NCBI GenBank assembly: GCA_046350855.1
Contig: JAXLZM010000001.1
Span: forward strand, 89,420 to 153,419
Reading direction: 5' to 3'
Origin: Candidatus Anderseniibacteriota bacterium
GTDB lineage: Bacteria; Patescibacteriota; JAUYIX01
DNA length: 64,000 nucleotides
In this document: in pieces, positions 9,044-19,997 of the stretch
How the letters are laid out: every line of letters begins with the position of its first letter
Numbering within the stretch: position 1 is the first letter of the stretch
Program-made: the position numbers and the translations under genes
The notes under the pieces: model-generated
What the model was told of the DNA's origin: nothing
What the model saw: only the letters and a program-made list of their open reading frames with translations
Database searches by the model: none

Positions 9044-9167
9044 GATTTCTAGAGGGGTTCGTCGAGTACTAGTGTTTGGATTAACTGCGATCTTGATCGC
9101 AGGAGTTATTTTAACCGTTTTGCTGCCACTTTTTTAGGGCTTGGCAGAACCCTCATACTAGCAAATC

Positions 9168-10007
9168 TCAAGCCACCGCCGCGGCACGGAGTCCTGCCCG
9201 CAGGGCCCGGGTCAGGTCTCGACGCAGCTTGGACAGCCCTGCAGTGGCTTTGAGTTGACTGGGGGTCAGCTCAAACTCGGTCGCGACCGGACGCATGTAA
9301 AGCTCTTTGACCAGCTCAATTTGCAGGGCAAAAATCCGTTTATTTGGCCGGCCGAACACCCGGGTAATATGGCCACCCGAGTAGGGGGTGTTGCGCGCGA
9401 CCACGTAGCCGGAGGTCTGTAGTTGAGCCATGACCGCGCGTATGACCCCGTCCGGAGCAGCGGTACCTTTGTTATCGCCAAGCACGATGTCCGCCCGTTG
9501 TTCTCCCGGATCCTTAGTGTGCACCATACCGTGACGATCCATACTGTGACCATCCAGCAGGAGCGCAAAACCAAAGCGGCGCACGGCCCGTCCGAGCAAC
9601 CGATGCAGGGCCGCCTGGTAGGGATGATAAAATTGGGCCAAAAGCCGACGCCGTTCGGTACTCGAGTACGGCTTAAGCAAGGTGGCTTGCCCGCTCAATA
9701 ACTGACTCGGGATAATGGGGTTCTCGGGCTTGGTATAGCCTCGGTTGAGGTTAACGACATATGGGCTAACCGCACTCTGTACACTCGAGCCTAGCTCTGC
9801 CACCCCACCATACACTTTTTGGGTGAACAAATCCGTGTCGAGGAGCAGCAGACGCGACCGTTCGACATGTCTAAGGGCCAGTTGCGGAATCCAAGTCCCG
9901 CCGTGTGGAACCGAGAGCACCAAAGGCGAGTCACGTTCAACCACCCGAATAATCGCGTTGGGGCGGAGGGTTTGGGGACGTTGTGTGAGGCTATTAAAGC
10001 CGTGCAT
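9168..10007 (-). CDS. N-formylglutamate amidohydrolase family protein
   Basis: SVPHGG, NLNR, DGHS, DIVLG, NTPYSGG, LQIE motifs. Confidence 0.85.
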   Translation of the reverse strand: MHGFNSLTQRPQTLRPNAIIRVVERDSPLVLSVPHGGTWIPQLALRHVERSRLLLLDTDLFTQKVYGGVAELGSSVQSAVSPYVVNLNRGYTKPENPIIPSQLLSGQATLLKPYSSTERRRLLAQFYHPYQAALHRLLGRAVRRFGFALLLDGHSMDRHGMVHTKDPGEQRADIVLGDNKGTAAPDGVIRAVMAQLQTSGYVVARNTPYSGGHITRVFGRPNKRIFALQIELVKELYMRPVATEFELTPSQLKATAGLSKLRRDLTRALRAGLRAAAVA

Positions 10008-10020
10008 GGCGCAGAGGAAG

Positions 10021-11832
10021 TTAACCGCTAAAATCTATTTTGAGGAGTTTACTGTACGACTCGGGTGGCAAGTTCACGCGACCCATCGAGCGCAACTTTT
10101 TTTTACCCGCTTTTTGTTTTTCTAAAAGTTTACGTTTGCGGGTGACGTCGCCCCCGTAGAGTTTGGCGGTGACATCTTTACGACGGGCACTGAGGGTCGT
10201 GCGAGCCACGATCTTGCCGCCCACCGCCGCCTGGATTGGCACGGCAAACTGTTGCTGGGGCACCAGCTCTTTGAGGGTCGTGACTAAGTGACGCCCGACC
10301 GTTTGGACCCGCTCGCGTGGGACGGCCATAGTGAGGGCCTCGACCGGTTCGCCCGCCAAGAGCACATCCAGACGCACCACATCGGCAGGTTTGTACCCGG
10401 CTAACTCGTAGTGCATCGAGGCGTAGCCGCGCGTGACCGACTTAAGTTTGTCAAAAAAGCCCACGATCACCTCGGCCAGTGGTACATGCGCGCGCACGAT
10501 GACACGGGTCTGATCAAGATACTCTTGCCCAGTCAGGCTGCCACGTCGCTGCGAGATCAGCTGCAAGACATCCCCAATGTGGTTAGTAGGGGTCACGATC
10601 TCGAGGTCGGTCCAGGGTTCCTCTAGCTGCGCAGTGGCCTTGTCTGCCGTGTGCTCGCCAGTGGGCAGCTCGAGGGCACTCTGGAGTTCACGGACTGTGC
10701 CATTGGTGCGCATGCGGTACGGGACCATTGGCGTGGTGCTCACGATCTCAACACTAAACTCACGACGTAAACGCTCTTGCACAATCTCAAGATGCAACAA
10801 CCCCAAAAAGCCCATCCTAAAGCCCGCCCCAAGCGCGGTGGAACGAATCGACTCAAAGCTGAGCGAGGCATCGTTGAGCGCGAGGCGCTCGAGCCCAGCC
10901 CGTAGCTGTGGGTAGCGATCTGGGTCGGCTGGAAAAACCGCGGCAAAGACTTTGGGCTCCGAGGGAGCATAGCCCGGCAGAGGCTTGGCTGGCTCACGAC
11001 TCAGGATCGTGTCACCCACCCGCACGAGCCGGATCTCTTTAAGGCCGGTCTCGATGTAGCCGGTCAGTCCAGCCGAGAGCTCGGGAACGGCCGTGCGCGT
11101 GGGTTTAAAGACTCCAACGTGCTGGCTTTTGGAGTGAGCTTTAGTGGCCGCAAAACGTAACTCTTGGTCGGCTTCAAATACCCCGTCAAAAACCCGCACG
11201 TATGCGATCACGCCCCGATACGCATCAAAGATCGAATCAAAAATGAGAGCTCGGGCCGGCTTAGTGGTGGATCCTCGGGGCGGCGGGATACGCGCCACGA
11301 TGGCTTTGAGGAGTTCTGCCACGTTAGTCCCCTCCTTAGCTGAGACCCGCACGACTTGCTCCGCGGTGACCCCCAGGAGATGCACCAACTCCTGCGTGAC
11401 ACGCTCGGGATCGGCGTTGGGCAGATCGATTTTATTAATGACTGGGATAATGGCGAGATTATTGGCCACGGCCAGCTCGGCGTGCGCGAGGGTCTGGGCC
11501 TCGATGCCTTGCGAGGCGTCCACCAAGAGCAAAACGCCCTCGACCGCGGCCAAAGTTCGACTGACCTCGTAGCTAAAGTCGACGTGCCCAGGGGTGTCGA
11601 TGAGGTTGAGGACGTACCGCTGACCAGCCTCTCTGTAGAGCATTTGGACCGGTTGCAACTTGATCGTGATACCGCGCTCGCGTTCCAGATCGAGGGTATC
11701 GAGCAATTGGTTACGCATCGAGCGGCTCGGCACGGTGCCGGTCAACTCGATCAAGCGGTCGCTCAAGGTCGATTTACCGTGATCGACGTGCGCAATGATG
11801 GCAAAGTTACGGATTTGAGTGAGGTCGTACAT
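10021..11832 (-). CDS. lepA: Elongation factor 4
   Basis: [45 protein letters not shown]. Confidence 0.97.
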   Translation of the reverse strand: MYDLTQIRNFAIIAHVDHGKSTLSDRLIELTGTVPSRSMRNQLLDTLDLERERGITIKLQPVQMLYREAGQRYVLNLIDTPGHVDFSYEVSRTLAAVEGVLLLVDASQGIEAQTLAHAELAVANNLAIIPVINKIDLPNADPERVTQELVHLLGVTAEQVVRVSAKEGTNVAELLKAIVARIPPPRGSTTKPARALIFDSIFDAYRGVIAYVRVFDGVFEADQELRFAATKAHSKSQHVGVFKPTRTAVPELSAGLTGYIETGLKEIRLVRVGDTILSREPAKPLPGYAPSEPKVFAAVFPADPDRYPQLRAGLERLALNDASLSFESIRSTALGAGFRMGFLGLLHLEIVQERLRREFSVEIVSTTPMVPYRMRTNGTVRELQSALELPTGEHTADKATAQLEEPWTDLEIVTPTNHIGDVLQLISQRRGSLTGQEYLDQTRVIVRAHVPLAEVIVGFFDKLKSVTRGYASMHYELAGYKPADVVRLDVLLAGEPVEALTMAVPRERVQTVGRHLVTTLKELVPQQQFAVPIQAAVGGKIVARTTLSARRKDVTAKLYGGDVTRKRKLLEKQKAGKKKLRSMGRVNLPPESYSKLLKIDFSG

Positions 11833-11841
11833 GGCGGAGCG

Positions 11842-12603
11842 TCAGGCAGAACCCACCAGGTCGGCCAGCAGCTCGAGACCACGGGCGTGCAGGGTCGCGC
11901 GGGGTGGATGGCCGCGCTCGAGCCGACAACGTACCCTGATGTACGCGGTTTGTTTGGTTAGCTTTGTGAGGTACAGTTCGATTCCGGCCGGACTAATGCT
12001 CGGGAGTCTACCGAGCCGCTGGCCGACCTCTCGTTTGAGACGCTCAATGTGCTTAGGATCAATCTCCAGACGTAGGACCAAGTACTCGCCGTGTGGGACT
12101 TTATAGACTCGGACAGGCTTGAGCAAAAAATCACGGTTTGGGATGTAGACAAACTCGCCCGTATCGGTTTCTAGTTTAACCGCGCGACCGCCGATCCGGC
12201 GCACGGTTCCCTCGGCGCCGTCGACATCTAAAATATCGCCGAGTTCAAAAGAAGAGTGTCCGAGTACTTCTAATCCAGCCAAAAAATTGACCAACAAATC
12301 TTGCAAGGCAAAGGAGAACCCGACCGAGAGTAAGCCCAGGCCCGCCACGAGGGCCGTGAGGTTCACCCCAAGCATACCGAGGGCTAGGATGCCGCCTACT
12401 GAGATCACAATGACCTGGGCGATGCGGCCGATCAGTTGCCCTCGCCGTGTGCTACGGCGCCGGCGGCTCACCAACGAGATGATGCCGACGATCACGGTAA
12501 AGAGTGCCACGATCACGAGAGCGGCCGAGAGAGCGGGCACTGTAGCCAAGAAGGTATCGAGGTAGCCTTGGTAGGTGCTTTTGAGGAGTTCGGTGGTTTG
12601 CAT
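11842..12603 (-). CDS. Small-conductance mechanosensitive channel family protein
   Basis: Three TM helices, GFSFALQDLLVNFLAG, F-x-x-GD, YIPN. Confidence 0.88.
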   Translation of the reverse strand: MQTTELLKSTYQGYLDTFLATVPALSAALVIVALFTVIVGIISLVSRRRRSTRRGQLIGRIAQVIVISVGGILALGMLGVNLTALVAGLGLLSVGFSFALQDLLVNFLAGLEVLGHSSFELGDILDVDGAEGTVRRIGGRAVKLETDTGEFVYIPNRDFLLKPVRVYKVPHGEYLVLRLEIDPKHIERLKREVGQRLGRLPSISPAGIELYLTKLTKQTAYIRVRCRLERGHPPRATLHARGLELLADLVGSA

Positions 12604-12620
12604 AGCGATGTTCTACGGCA

Positions 12621-14195
12621 CTAACGTGCCCGACGCAAGCTGGACCAGACCTCGGCCAACTCACGGCCGCGCAGGAGCCAGTGGACCAAGAGATAGACCC
12701 CACCGCCCACCAGGGCGGAGGCTGCCACGAGCAGGAGCACTTGTGGAACGGTCGTGAGGTCGAGGTAGTGCTCGATGAGAGTTTGGACCCCGAGCGTCGC
12801 GGCTCCCGCCACAGCACCAGCCGCGACCACGCGGATGACGGAGCTCACCAGTTCAGCATCCCGCAAGCCACCCAGGCGCGCGCGGAGCAAAACGAGGTGC
12901 AGCAAAAAGTCCACGATGGCCGCCAGCGAAAAAGCGGCGGCTAGGCCCATGACCGAGAGGTGCGGGGCCAGTAACAAAGCTGCCACGATGTTAATCAAAA
13001 CCGAAATTAAACTGATCGCAACGGGGGTGCGCGTGTCCTCGAGCGAGTAAAAGGCCCGCGCCAAAACCGGTACAGCACTTTGCGCAAAAAGCGAGAGGGC
13101 AAACACACCCAGCGCCGCCGCCGTCAAAAAGGTATCGGTAAAATCAAAAGCGCCCGTACCCAGCACCAAGCGCACGATCGGGACCCGCAGCACGATCAAG
13201 AGCACACTCATAGGCACGATCAGGTAGAACAACTGTCGCAGTGAGCTTACCAAGTGCGCACTAAATTGCGTCGAGTCGTTACGTGAGGCGGCTTCGGCTA
13301 AAAACGGAAACACCGCGGTGGCAAGTGACAATCCAACCAACCCGAGCGGCAAACTTTGCATGTTAAAAGCCAGGTTGTAGGAGGAGACGGTCCCCGTCTC
13401 GTAAAACGTGGCGACGGCAGTAATTACGACCACATTAATTTGTAGAGCGGCGATACTGAGGACCCGGGGGCCCGCCAAACGCAAAACTTTAAGCACCCCT
13501 TTGTCACGGAGCGAGACTCGGGCCGAGTACCTAAAGCCCGCCCGGTAGAGTGCCGGCAACTGGACCAATAAGTTGAGCAAGGCTCCCAAGATCACGCCCC
13601 AGGCTAAGCCCCGCGGTCCAAGCCACGGTACTAACAGTGTGATTCCAATAATGATCCCTACATTATAGAGAACCGGTGCTATCGCGTACGAGGTAAAGCG
13701 TTTAGTGGCGTTGAGATAAGAGGAGACCACGCTCGCCACGCCAAAGATAATCGGCGAGAGCAACATGATACGTGTGAGCTGGATGGTTTGGGCGGTCTGT
13801 TCGGCCGAAAAACCTGGCGCGATTAGTTCAACCAACTGCGGAGCAAAGAGCAACGCGATCAAAGAGAGTACCACCATCGAGAGGGTCAAGAGAGTCAGCA
13901 CTCCGCTCGCCACTCGGTTGGCCTCCTCTTGACGATTTTTGGCGATCAAACCGCCGACAACCGGGACAAAGGCCGCGGTAAGAGCCCCCAAGACCAAGAG
14001 GTTGTACAAAAAATCCGGCAGCTTAAAAGCGGCGTAGTAGGTATCCAGTACTGCCCCGGCCCCAAAGGTTCCTGCCAAGAGTCGATCGCGCACCAACCCA
14101 ATCACCCGCGAGATCAGCGAAAAAAATCCGATCACCCCTGCCGAAGTCAAAATCGTGCCCGTATGGCCTTGCAAGCTTGCTTTGAGCTGGTTCAC
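12621..14195 (-). CDS. murJ: Lipid II flippase MurJ/MviN
   Basis: SRVIGLVRD, YYAAFKLPD, LPLGLVG, RAFYSLEDTRTP. Confidence 0.95.
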   Translation of the reverse strand: MNQLKASLQGHTGTILTSAGVIGFFSLISRVIGLVRDRLLAGTFGAGAVLDTYYAAFKLPDFLYNLLVLGALTAAFVPVVGGLIAKNRQEEANRVASGVLTLLTLSMVVLSLIALLFAPQLVELIAPGFSAEQTAQTIQLTRIMLLSPIIFGVASVVSSYLNATKRFTSYAIAPVLYNVGIIIGITLLVPWLGPRGLAWGVILGALLNLLVQLPALYRAGFRYSARVSLRDKGVLKVLRLAGPRVLSIAALQINVVVITAVATFYETGTVSSYNLAFNMQSLPLGLVGLSLATAVFPFLAEAASRNDSTQFSAHLVSSLRQLFYLIVPMSVLLIVLRVPIVRLVLGTGAFDFTDTFLTAAALGVFALSLFAQSAVPVLARAFYSLEDTRTPVAISLISVLINIVAALLLAPHLSVMGLAAAFSLAAIVDFLLHLVLLRARLGGLRDAELVSSVIRVVAAGAVAGAATLGVQTLIEHYLDLTTVPQVLLLVAASALVGGGVYLLVHWLLRGRELAEVWSSLRRAR

Positions 14196-16375
14196 TGGAG
14201 TACTACTCCTATCACATGATCGCGATCCAGCAAAAGACGCTGGGTGGCCCCACCCGAGACGTAGCGGAGGGGCTGGGCCAAACTACTCACGGCCACATCG
14301 ATTGGGACATCCGCACTCCCCGCTTGGCGCCACAACAATAGACGCAGTTGTCCGTTTTGGACGAGCTGGGTAGTTGGGACATCAAAGACCAATTTGAGCG
14401 TGCGCTCCTCACCGGGCTTGAGGGTCACCCAGTTGGCAAAGACGGTCTGACCGGCTTCTTGGTAGGTTTTAGTGTTGCTGGCCGCGTCCCACTGGATCTG
14501 CTCCTCGGGCGGCACACCGGTCGGGCTGGTGCACTCCGGACAGTCGTGCGCGAGGAGTGCCTTGACGTCCGTATCAAAACCACTGGCCTGCACCAGCCGT
14601 GCTCCCGCTGGAGCGTAGACCCGCAGGTACTCTCGGTTGGCGCGATCTTTAAACTGATCGGTACGCGTGTCTTTACGGGTGATGTGCAATTCGTGTCGTA
14701 CACTACTCGGACCAATCTCGACCAAAAGTTGCCGCGATTCTTGGACGTATTGATCGGTTTTGCCGCCGCCAATGTTGGCAAAGACGGGCGCTACGATATC
14801 CAGTGTAGCGCCGTCTCCGGCTGACGTGGTCGCACTAGCCAGGCTCCCCTCAGCACCCAGGGCTGTCGGTAATTGCGCCAAGGTCGCATCACCAAAAAAA
14901 ATCTGAATATCTTTGTGTTCGACCGCTTGCATGAGTGAACCCGCGACGGCCAACCACTGCTCACGGTTGAGGGCAAAAACTCGCTGCAAGAGCTGCTCGG
15001 CAAAAGACGGGAAAAAGGTCTGATCACGCGCCGTATCTTTTTTAGCGACCTCGTACTGGGCCTCTTCAACAAAAGTATCTTCCGTTACGGTCAAACCGAG
15101 TTGGTCAATTTTGACCGGGCCGGTCAGGGCTAAGAGATCCGTCACCACGCGGGGGTTAAGCGCGATCACTCCGTCCAAACGTGGATCCCCCGTCTGGGAT
15201 AAAAAGTCGAGCAAGACGCGCGCCGAGGTAGCAAAATTCGGATACCAGTTGGCGTCCTGCAAGGCAAACTCTTTACTGATTACATCAAGTCCCTCGGGCG
15301 GAACCAGCTTGGAGCGCACCTGCCCAGCTGGAGCGTAAATACTTTTTATGTCGAGACGCTCGACTTGTCCGTGCTGTAACTTTACAAAAGCAATTTGTCC
15401 CCAAAACCCACCGGTTGGTCGCAGCTCATTAGGATTTTGAAACACAACCGCGTACGTCCGCGCCGTGGTTGCCCCGGCCACCTCGGCCAAAACCCCCGTC
15501 AACCCGGAGAGCTGACGCAGCTGATCCAACACGGCAGGCAATTGGGTTTTGAGGGCAGTGACCGGCTGCGCGATGGACTGAGGCAAGCTGCGCGTGTCGA
15601 GGTTAAGGAGTAAGGTCCCCGCTTGGGTCAACTCTGAGCTCACCGTTTTGATATCCGGCTGAACCGCGACCAAGGCATCCGTGAGTGTTTGCTTGTCTCC
15701 GCCGGTTGGTCCCAGTTGCACGCCACTCATTTTTTGCACTACCCCCGTGAGCGCGCGACCGGCCGCCGCAACGTGCAAGCCTGCCTCGGCCAGTGAGTCC
15801 GCGGCGGCCAGCGGATCGCCCGGTAAGACCGCCAGGAGTGCTCTAAGCGACCCAGACAAGGACGCGAGCTCAGACTGTAACTCGTTAAACGATCCGCTGG
15901 CCTTATCAAACTGAGCCAGGGCTTCTTGCGGATTTTGATTACCGAGGGCGGTTGCGGCGGCTGTAAGCGCTTGTTCGGCCGAACTCGCTTGGGTTTGCAA
16001 CGTAGTTTTAGCCGCCCGACCATGCTCGAGCACCGAGAACAGCCCAATCGCGCTGGCCGAGAGCACCGCACAGACTAAAAACCAAGAGAGCCCCGAGCGG
16101 ACCAGCCCTCTACGAATCACACGCAAGGGTGCACGCTGGGTCCGAGGCTTACGCAGTCGCGCGACCGACGTAGGACGGGGCATCTGACTAGCGGGCAACA
16201 CCTGGGACGCCATGTAGTGCGGTTCAACAAATACCGTTAAATCCGGATAGTCGATCACCACCGGCGTAGAACTCGACCGTTTTGGCGCGGTCCCGTTTGG
16301 CACGTGAGGTGTCCGCTGGATGGGTCGCGTCCGTCGTGGAGCCCCCCGCAGTCCGTCGATCGCTCGGGTAGTCAT
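14192..16375 (-). CDS. DUF4012-domain membrane-anchored protein
   Basis: FQNPNELRPTGGF, DANWYPNF, NIGGGK, YLRVYAP. Confidence 0.88.
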   Translation of the reverse strand: MTTRAIDGLRGAPRRTRPIQRTPHVPNGTAPKRSSSTPVVIDYPDLTVFVEPHYMASQVLPASQMPRPTSVARLRKPRTQRAPLRVIRRGLVRSGLSWFLVCAVLSASAIGLFSVLEHGRAAKTTLQTQASSAEQALTAAATALGNQNPQEALAQFDKASGSFNELQSELASLSGSLRALLAVLPGDPLAAADSLAEAGLHVAAAGRALTGVVQKMSGVQLGPTGGDKQTLTDALVAVQPDIKTVSSELTQAGTLLLNLDTRSLPQSIAQPVTALKTQLPAVLDQLRQLSGLTGVLAEVAGATTARTYAVVFQNPNELRPTGGFWGQIAFVKLQHGQVERLDIKSIYAPAGQVRSKLVPPEGLDVISKEFALQDANWYPNFATSARVLLDFLSQTGDPRLDGVIALNPRVVTDLLALTGPVKIDQLGLTVTEDTFVEEAQYEVAKKDTARDQTFFPSFAEQLLQRVFALNREQWLAVAGSLMQAVEHKDIQIFFGDATLAQLPTALGAEGSLASATTSAGDGATLDIVAPVFANIGGGKTDQYVQESRQLLVEIGPSSVRHELHITRKDTRTDQFKDRANREYLRVYAPAGARLVQASGFDTDVKALLAHDCPECTSPTGVPPEEQIQWDAASNTKTYQEAGQTVFANWVTLKPGEERTLKLVFDVPTTQLVQNGQLRLLLWRQAGSADVPIDVAVSSLAQPLRYVSGGATQRLLLDRDHVIGVVLQ

Positions 16376-17499
16376 AACGGTCTCCCGGCTACGGCTCGCT
16401 CATACACGGCCAGTGTCTCTTGGGCAACGGTTTGCCAGTCACGTTGCAATGCGAGTGATCGAGCTCGAGCGGTCAAACGCGTCCGCAAAGCGGGAGTAGA
16501 CCAAGCGATCACGATAGTGCTGGCAAGTTGCTCGATGTCGCGTGGATCTACGGTCAAGACCCCGTCCTGCAAAAACTCGCGCACGGGGGTGGTGTTAGAG
16601 GCGACCACCAGGGTTCCACGCGCGGCGGCCTCGAGAGCGGGTAACCCAAAGCCTTCGATAAAACTCGGGACAACTACTAGACGCGCGCCGTCGTACAGCA
16701 CGCGCAACTCAGCATCGGAGACGGCTCCAACGATACGCAGCCCGGGCAGCACCTGCAGCTGCCGTGCCAAACCAACCAACACGGAACGCTGCGCCACCGT
16801 GATCGGTCCCGCCAACACGAGCACCGCCCGTGGCAGCGAGCGCCGCACCTCAGCAAAAGCCCGCACCAACGTATCCACATTTTTGTGCGAGCGGTAATTG
16901 CCAACGTACAGCAGATACGGCTCGGTCAGCGACAATCGGTTGAACACCGCTCCTGCCTCAGCTGGTTGAACCGTCGGCCCGCAAAAGGCATCACTCACAG
17001 CATGTGGAACGACCGCGACGTGCGCGATGTCACCCAGCACCGCGAGTTCATCCCGCACCTGAACACTCGGCACGATCACCCGCTCAGCCCGCTCAAGGGC
17101 TGAACGTAGTACTTTGCGGTAGGCCTGCTGAGAAAGCCCTGAGCGACGACGTTCACCCGCGTAGTGTAACGGGATGGTGTCATGAATCGTCACCACAAAG
17201 GGGCCTCTAAACGCGAGCGGCACATTAAAGTTAGTAAAGTGCACCACCTCAAACCGCTCGCGCGCAAAGCGGGCCGGTAGCAACAGCTGCTCGGACCAAC
17301 TGTAGATCGCCTCGGGGGCAATGCGGTACGGGACGTGCGGATGACGCAGGTGCCACCAAGCTGCATCGACTGGCGAGACAAACACGGTCGGGAGGACCCC
17401 AACGCGCTCGAGACCGCAGACCAGTTCTTCGGTGTAGCGACCAATGCCGGTGATACGCACCATACGAGCGTCGATACCCAAACGCAGCGCACTCCTCAT
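16372..17499 (-). CDS. Glycosyltransferase family 4
   Basis: GIGRY, TIHD, KN, EGFGLPALEA. Confidence 0.93.
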   Translation of the reverse strand: MRSALRLGIDARMVRITGIGRYTEELVCGLERVGVLPTVFVSPVDAAWWHLRHPHVPYRIAPEAIYSWSEQLLLPARFARERFEVVHFTNFNVPLAFRGPFVVTIHDTIPLHYAGERRRSGLSQQAYRKVLRSALERAERVIVPSVQVRDELAVLGDIAHVAVVPHAVSDAFCGPTVQPAEAGAVFNRLSLTEPYLLYVGNYRSHKNVDTLVRAFAEVRRSLPRAVLVLAGPITVAQRSVLVGLARQLQVLPGLRIVGAVSDAELRVLYDGARLVVVPSFIEGFGLPALEAAARGTLVVASNTTPVREFLQDGVLTVDPRDIEQLASTIVIAWSTPALRTRLTARARSLALQRDWQTVAQETLAVYERAVAGRPL

Positions 17500-18677
17500 A
17501 GGACCTCCGCGGCCACGGGTACCGGTTGCACTCCTACCCCTTGCTCTGCTACCGCGCGCAACACCGCCACGGTTTGGCGTGCGGCACGATGCCAGCTAAA
17601 CCCTTGAGCACGTGGTAGCCCTGCGTCTGCAAGTTGTGTACGTAGTCCAGGCTCGCTGAGCAGTAACTCAAGTGCGCGCTCGATCTCGACCGGCCGCTCG
17701 GGATCGACCAAGACGGCGGCGTGGCCGGTCACCTCGGGTAACGATGAGATGTTGGCGGTTAAAACTGGAACACCGAGCTGGAGAGCCTCGAGGGCTGGCA
17801 AGCCAAAGCCTTCGTAGCTGGAGGCGCAGTAGAGGGCCGTGGCCCCCGCTAGCAAAGCGCGCTTAGCGCTCTCGGGCACGTACCCCAAGACCAGGATGCG
17901 GTCGGCCACAGGGCTCTGGGCCACGGCCCGTTCAAAAGTAGCGGTTTTCCAACCCAACGGACCAATGAGTGCAAGACCCAAATCGGGATCACGCTGGGCT
18001 ACGCCGTCAAAAGCCCGCACCAAGGCGGCCAGGTTTTTGCGCGGTTCAATGGCCCCGATCGCCACGATGTAACGCTTAGGCAATTCATATTTTTTTTGCG
18101 CGGCTGCACTCTCATCTGGGGTGGGTGGTTCGGCTAACGAGGCCCCCAGCGGCACGACCGTGAGCTGTTCAGCCGGGATAGCGTAGAGCCGGGTCACATC
18201 TTGTGCAGTCGAGCGCGAATCACAGATCACGTGCGTGGCCTGCTGGATTAGTCGGCGCGCGCGCGTGGCGTTATGCCAGAGCCGCCGCTTGAGCGAAAAA
18301 AAATCTGGGTACAGTGCGTAGGAAACATCGTGTACGGTTAAGACGTGTGGCACGTGCGGCGAGAGGGCCGTAAAGTTGACGTTGGGCGAAAACCAGACGT
18401 CCACGCCACCCACTATGCGATCGAGGTAGGGCGCTCGGGTCAGGGTACTGCGAGCACTGAGCAGTTTGTTAGGTCGACGGTTCCAGGTCAGGCTGGTATT
18501 GGCGAGGTTCGGGATACCCAGGTCCGTAAGGGTCTGTTCACGCGTACCACTGGCATACAGGCTGAACTGCAAATCGGGCGCAACTTGCTGCATGGCCCGC
18601 ACGATCGCGCGGGTATAGGTCCCCACCCCCGTAAGCTGTGGGTCGGTTAGTGACCTAATATCTATCCCGATTTTCAT
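17496..18677 (-). CDS. Glycosyltransferase family 4
   Basis: GVGTY, TVHD, EPRKN, YEGFGLPALEA. Confidence 0.93.
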   Translation of the reverse strand: MKIGIDIRSLTDPQLTGVGTYTRAIVRAMQQVAPDLQFSLYASGTREQTLTDLGIPNLANTSLTWNRRPNKLLSARSTLTRAPYLDRIVGGVDVWFSPNVNFTALSPHVPHVLTVHDVSYALYPDFFSLKRRLWHNATRARRLIQQATHVICDSRSTAQDVTRLYAIPAEQLTVVPLGASLAEPPTPDESAAAQKKYELPKRYIVAIGAIEPRKNLAALVRAFDGVAQRDPDLGLALIGPLGWKTATFERAVAQSPVADRILVLGYVPESAKRALLAGATALYCASSYEGFGLPALEALQLGVPVLTANISSLPEVTGHAAVLVDPERPVEIERALELLLSEPGLRTQLADAGLPRAQGFSWHRAARQTVAVLRAVAEQGVGVQPVPVAAEVL

Positions 18678-19858
18678 AGGTGGCCCCCGGGGTGATTGAT
18701 CCGAGTCAGTGGGATCTTGAGCTGCTGTAGGCTACGCAGTGGTCGGGTCGGCACAAACGTTCCTTGCGCCCGCTCGCGGCGCACCTGCAACAAGACCTGC
18801 CAAATCTGGGCCTTAAAGCGCTCTAAGGCAAAGCGTCGTGCGTACTCCCGGATCTCGGTCGGGTTGTAGTCGTTGGGCTCAAACGCGCGCACCGCGTCGA
18901 TCAAGCCGTCCACCGATTGTTCACTAAAAAAGGCCCCCGTAACCCCCGGCACCACCGTCTCAAGTGCGCCACCGCGGTTATAGGCGATCACTGGACGCCC
19001 TGCTGCCATGGCCTCGAGCGCCACGATCCCGAGATCCTCCTCCTGCGGATGGATAAAGGCCTGACAGTGGGCAAAGAGCCAGGCTTTTTGATCATCGGTA
19101 AAGTGTGGGACAAACATAATGTTGGGTCCCGCGATACGGCGCAGCCGCTTGTACTCCTCGCCATGTCCGGCAATCACGAGTGGCAACCCTAAGCGGTTAA
19201 AGGCCCGTACCGCGAGCTCATGTTTTTTGTAGGGTCGCAGCCGACCAACCATCAGGTAGTAGTCGCTGGGCTGTTGTGCCAAATAAAAACGGTTCCAATC
19301 CACGGGTGGATAGACGATGGTGGACTCACGGCGGTAGTACTTTTTGATGCGGGCGGCGGTGGTGTAGGAGTTGGCGATAAACTTGTCGACCCGCTGGGCC
19401 GCGAGTTGGTCCCAGAGACGTAGTCGACTCAGTACGACGGGCAGGATGGATTTGACGGTTCGGCCGACGTGGAGATCCTCGGTATAGTCATGGGTGTCGT
19501 GCCAAAGGTAGCGCGTAGGCGTGTGACAATAGCAAAGATGGATGGTCTCAGGTTTAGTGATGACACCCTTACCAAACGAAGAGGAGTCCGAGAGGACCAG
19601 GTCGTAGCCGGAGAGATCGAGCTGCTCGGTAGCGGTGGGATGGAGCGGCAGGTACCACTTGTAGTGCTTGACCCCGCCCGGAAAACGCTGCAAAAACGAG
19701 GTCTTGATCTCAGCTCGGGGAAAGAGCCGCTTGGCAACCACGCCATCGTCTACCAAGGTAAAAATAGTGGCGTGCGGAAACATGTCATGAAAAGCCTGTA
19801 AGACGTATTCGGCCCCGCCCAATTGGGTCAGAGCGTCATGGACCAAAGCGATACGCAT
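18674..19858 (-). CDS. Glycosyltransferase family 4
   Basis: MRIALVHD, GGAE, YCHTPTRY, EDLGIVALEAMA; start placed at ATG 19858. Confidence 0.93.
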   Translation of the reverse strand: MRIALVHDALTQLGGAEYVLQAFHDMFPHATIFTLVDDGVVAKRLFPRAEIKTSFLQRFPGGVKHYKWYLPLHPTATEQLDLSGYDLVLSDSSSFGKGVITKPETIHLCYCHTPTRYLWHDTHDYTEDLHVGRTVKSILPVVLSRLRLWDQLAAQRVDKFIANSYTTAARIKKYYRRESTIVYPPVDWNRFYLAQQPSDYYLMVGRLRPYKKHELAVRAFNRLGLPLVIAGHGEEYKRLRRIAGPNIMFVPHFTDDQKAWLFAHCQAFIHPQEEDLGIVALEAMAAGRPVIAYNRGGALETVVPGVTGAFFSEQSVDGLIDAVRAFEPNDYNPTEIREYARRFALERFKAQIWQVLLQVRRERAQGTFVPTRPLRSLQQLKIPLTRINHPGGHL

Positions 19859-19961
19859 GGCGGAAAGTGGTGCCTCCCATGGTAGCAGATTTAGGCCTCC
19901 CGCGAGCACTTTTTTTGCTGCTGCCACAACACAGATGGTTCACTTTGTAAAGATGGCTGAA

Positions 19962-19997
19962 TAAAATAAAAGGCCAAGTAGTTGTTACTACTTGGCC
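19962..19997 (-). terminator. Intrinsic terminator of RNA A
   Basis: GGCCAAGTAGT-AACA-ACTACTTGGCC-TTTTATTTT. Confidence 0.85.
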
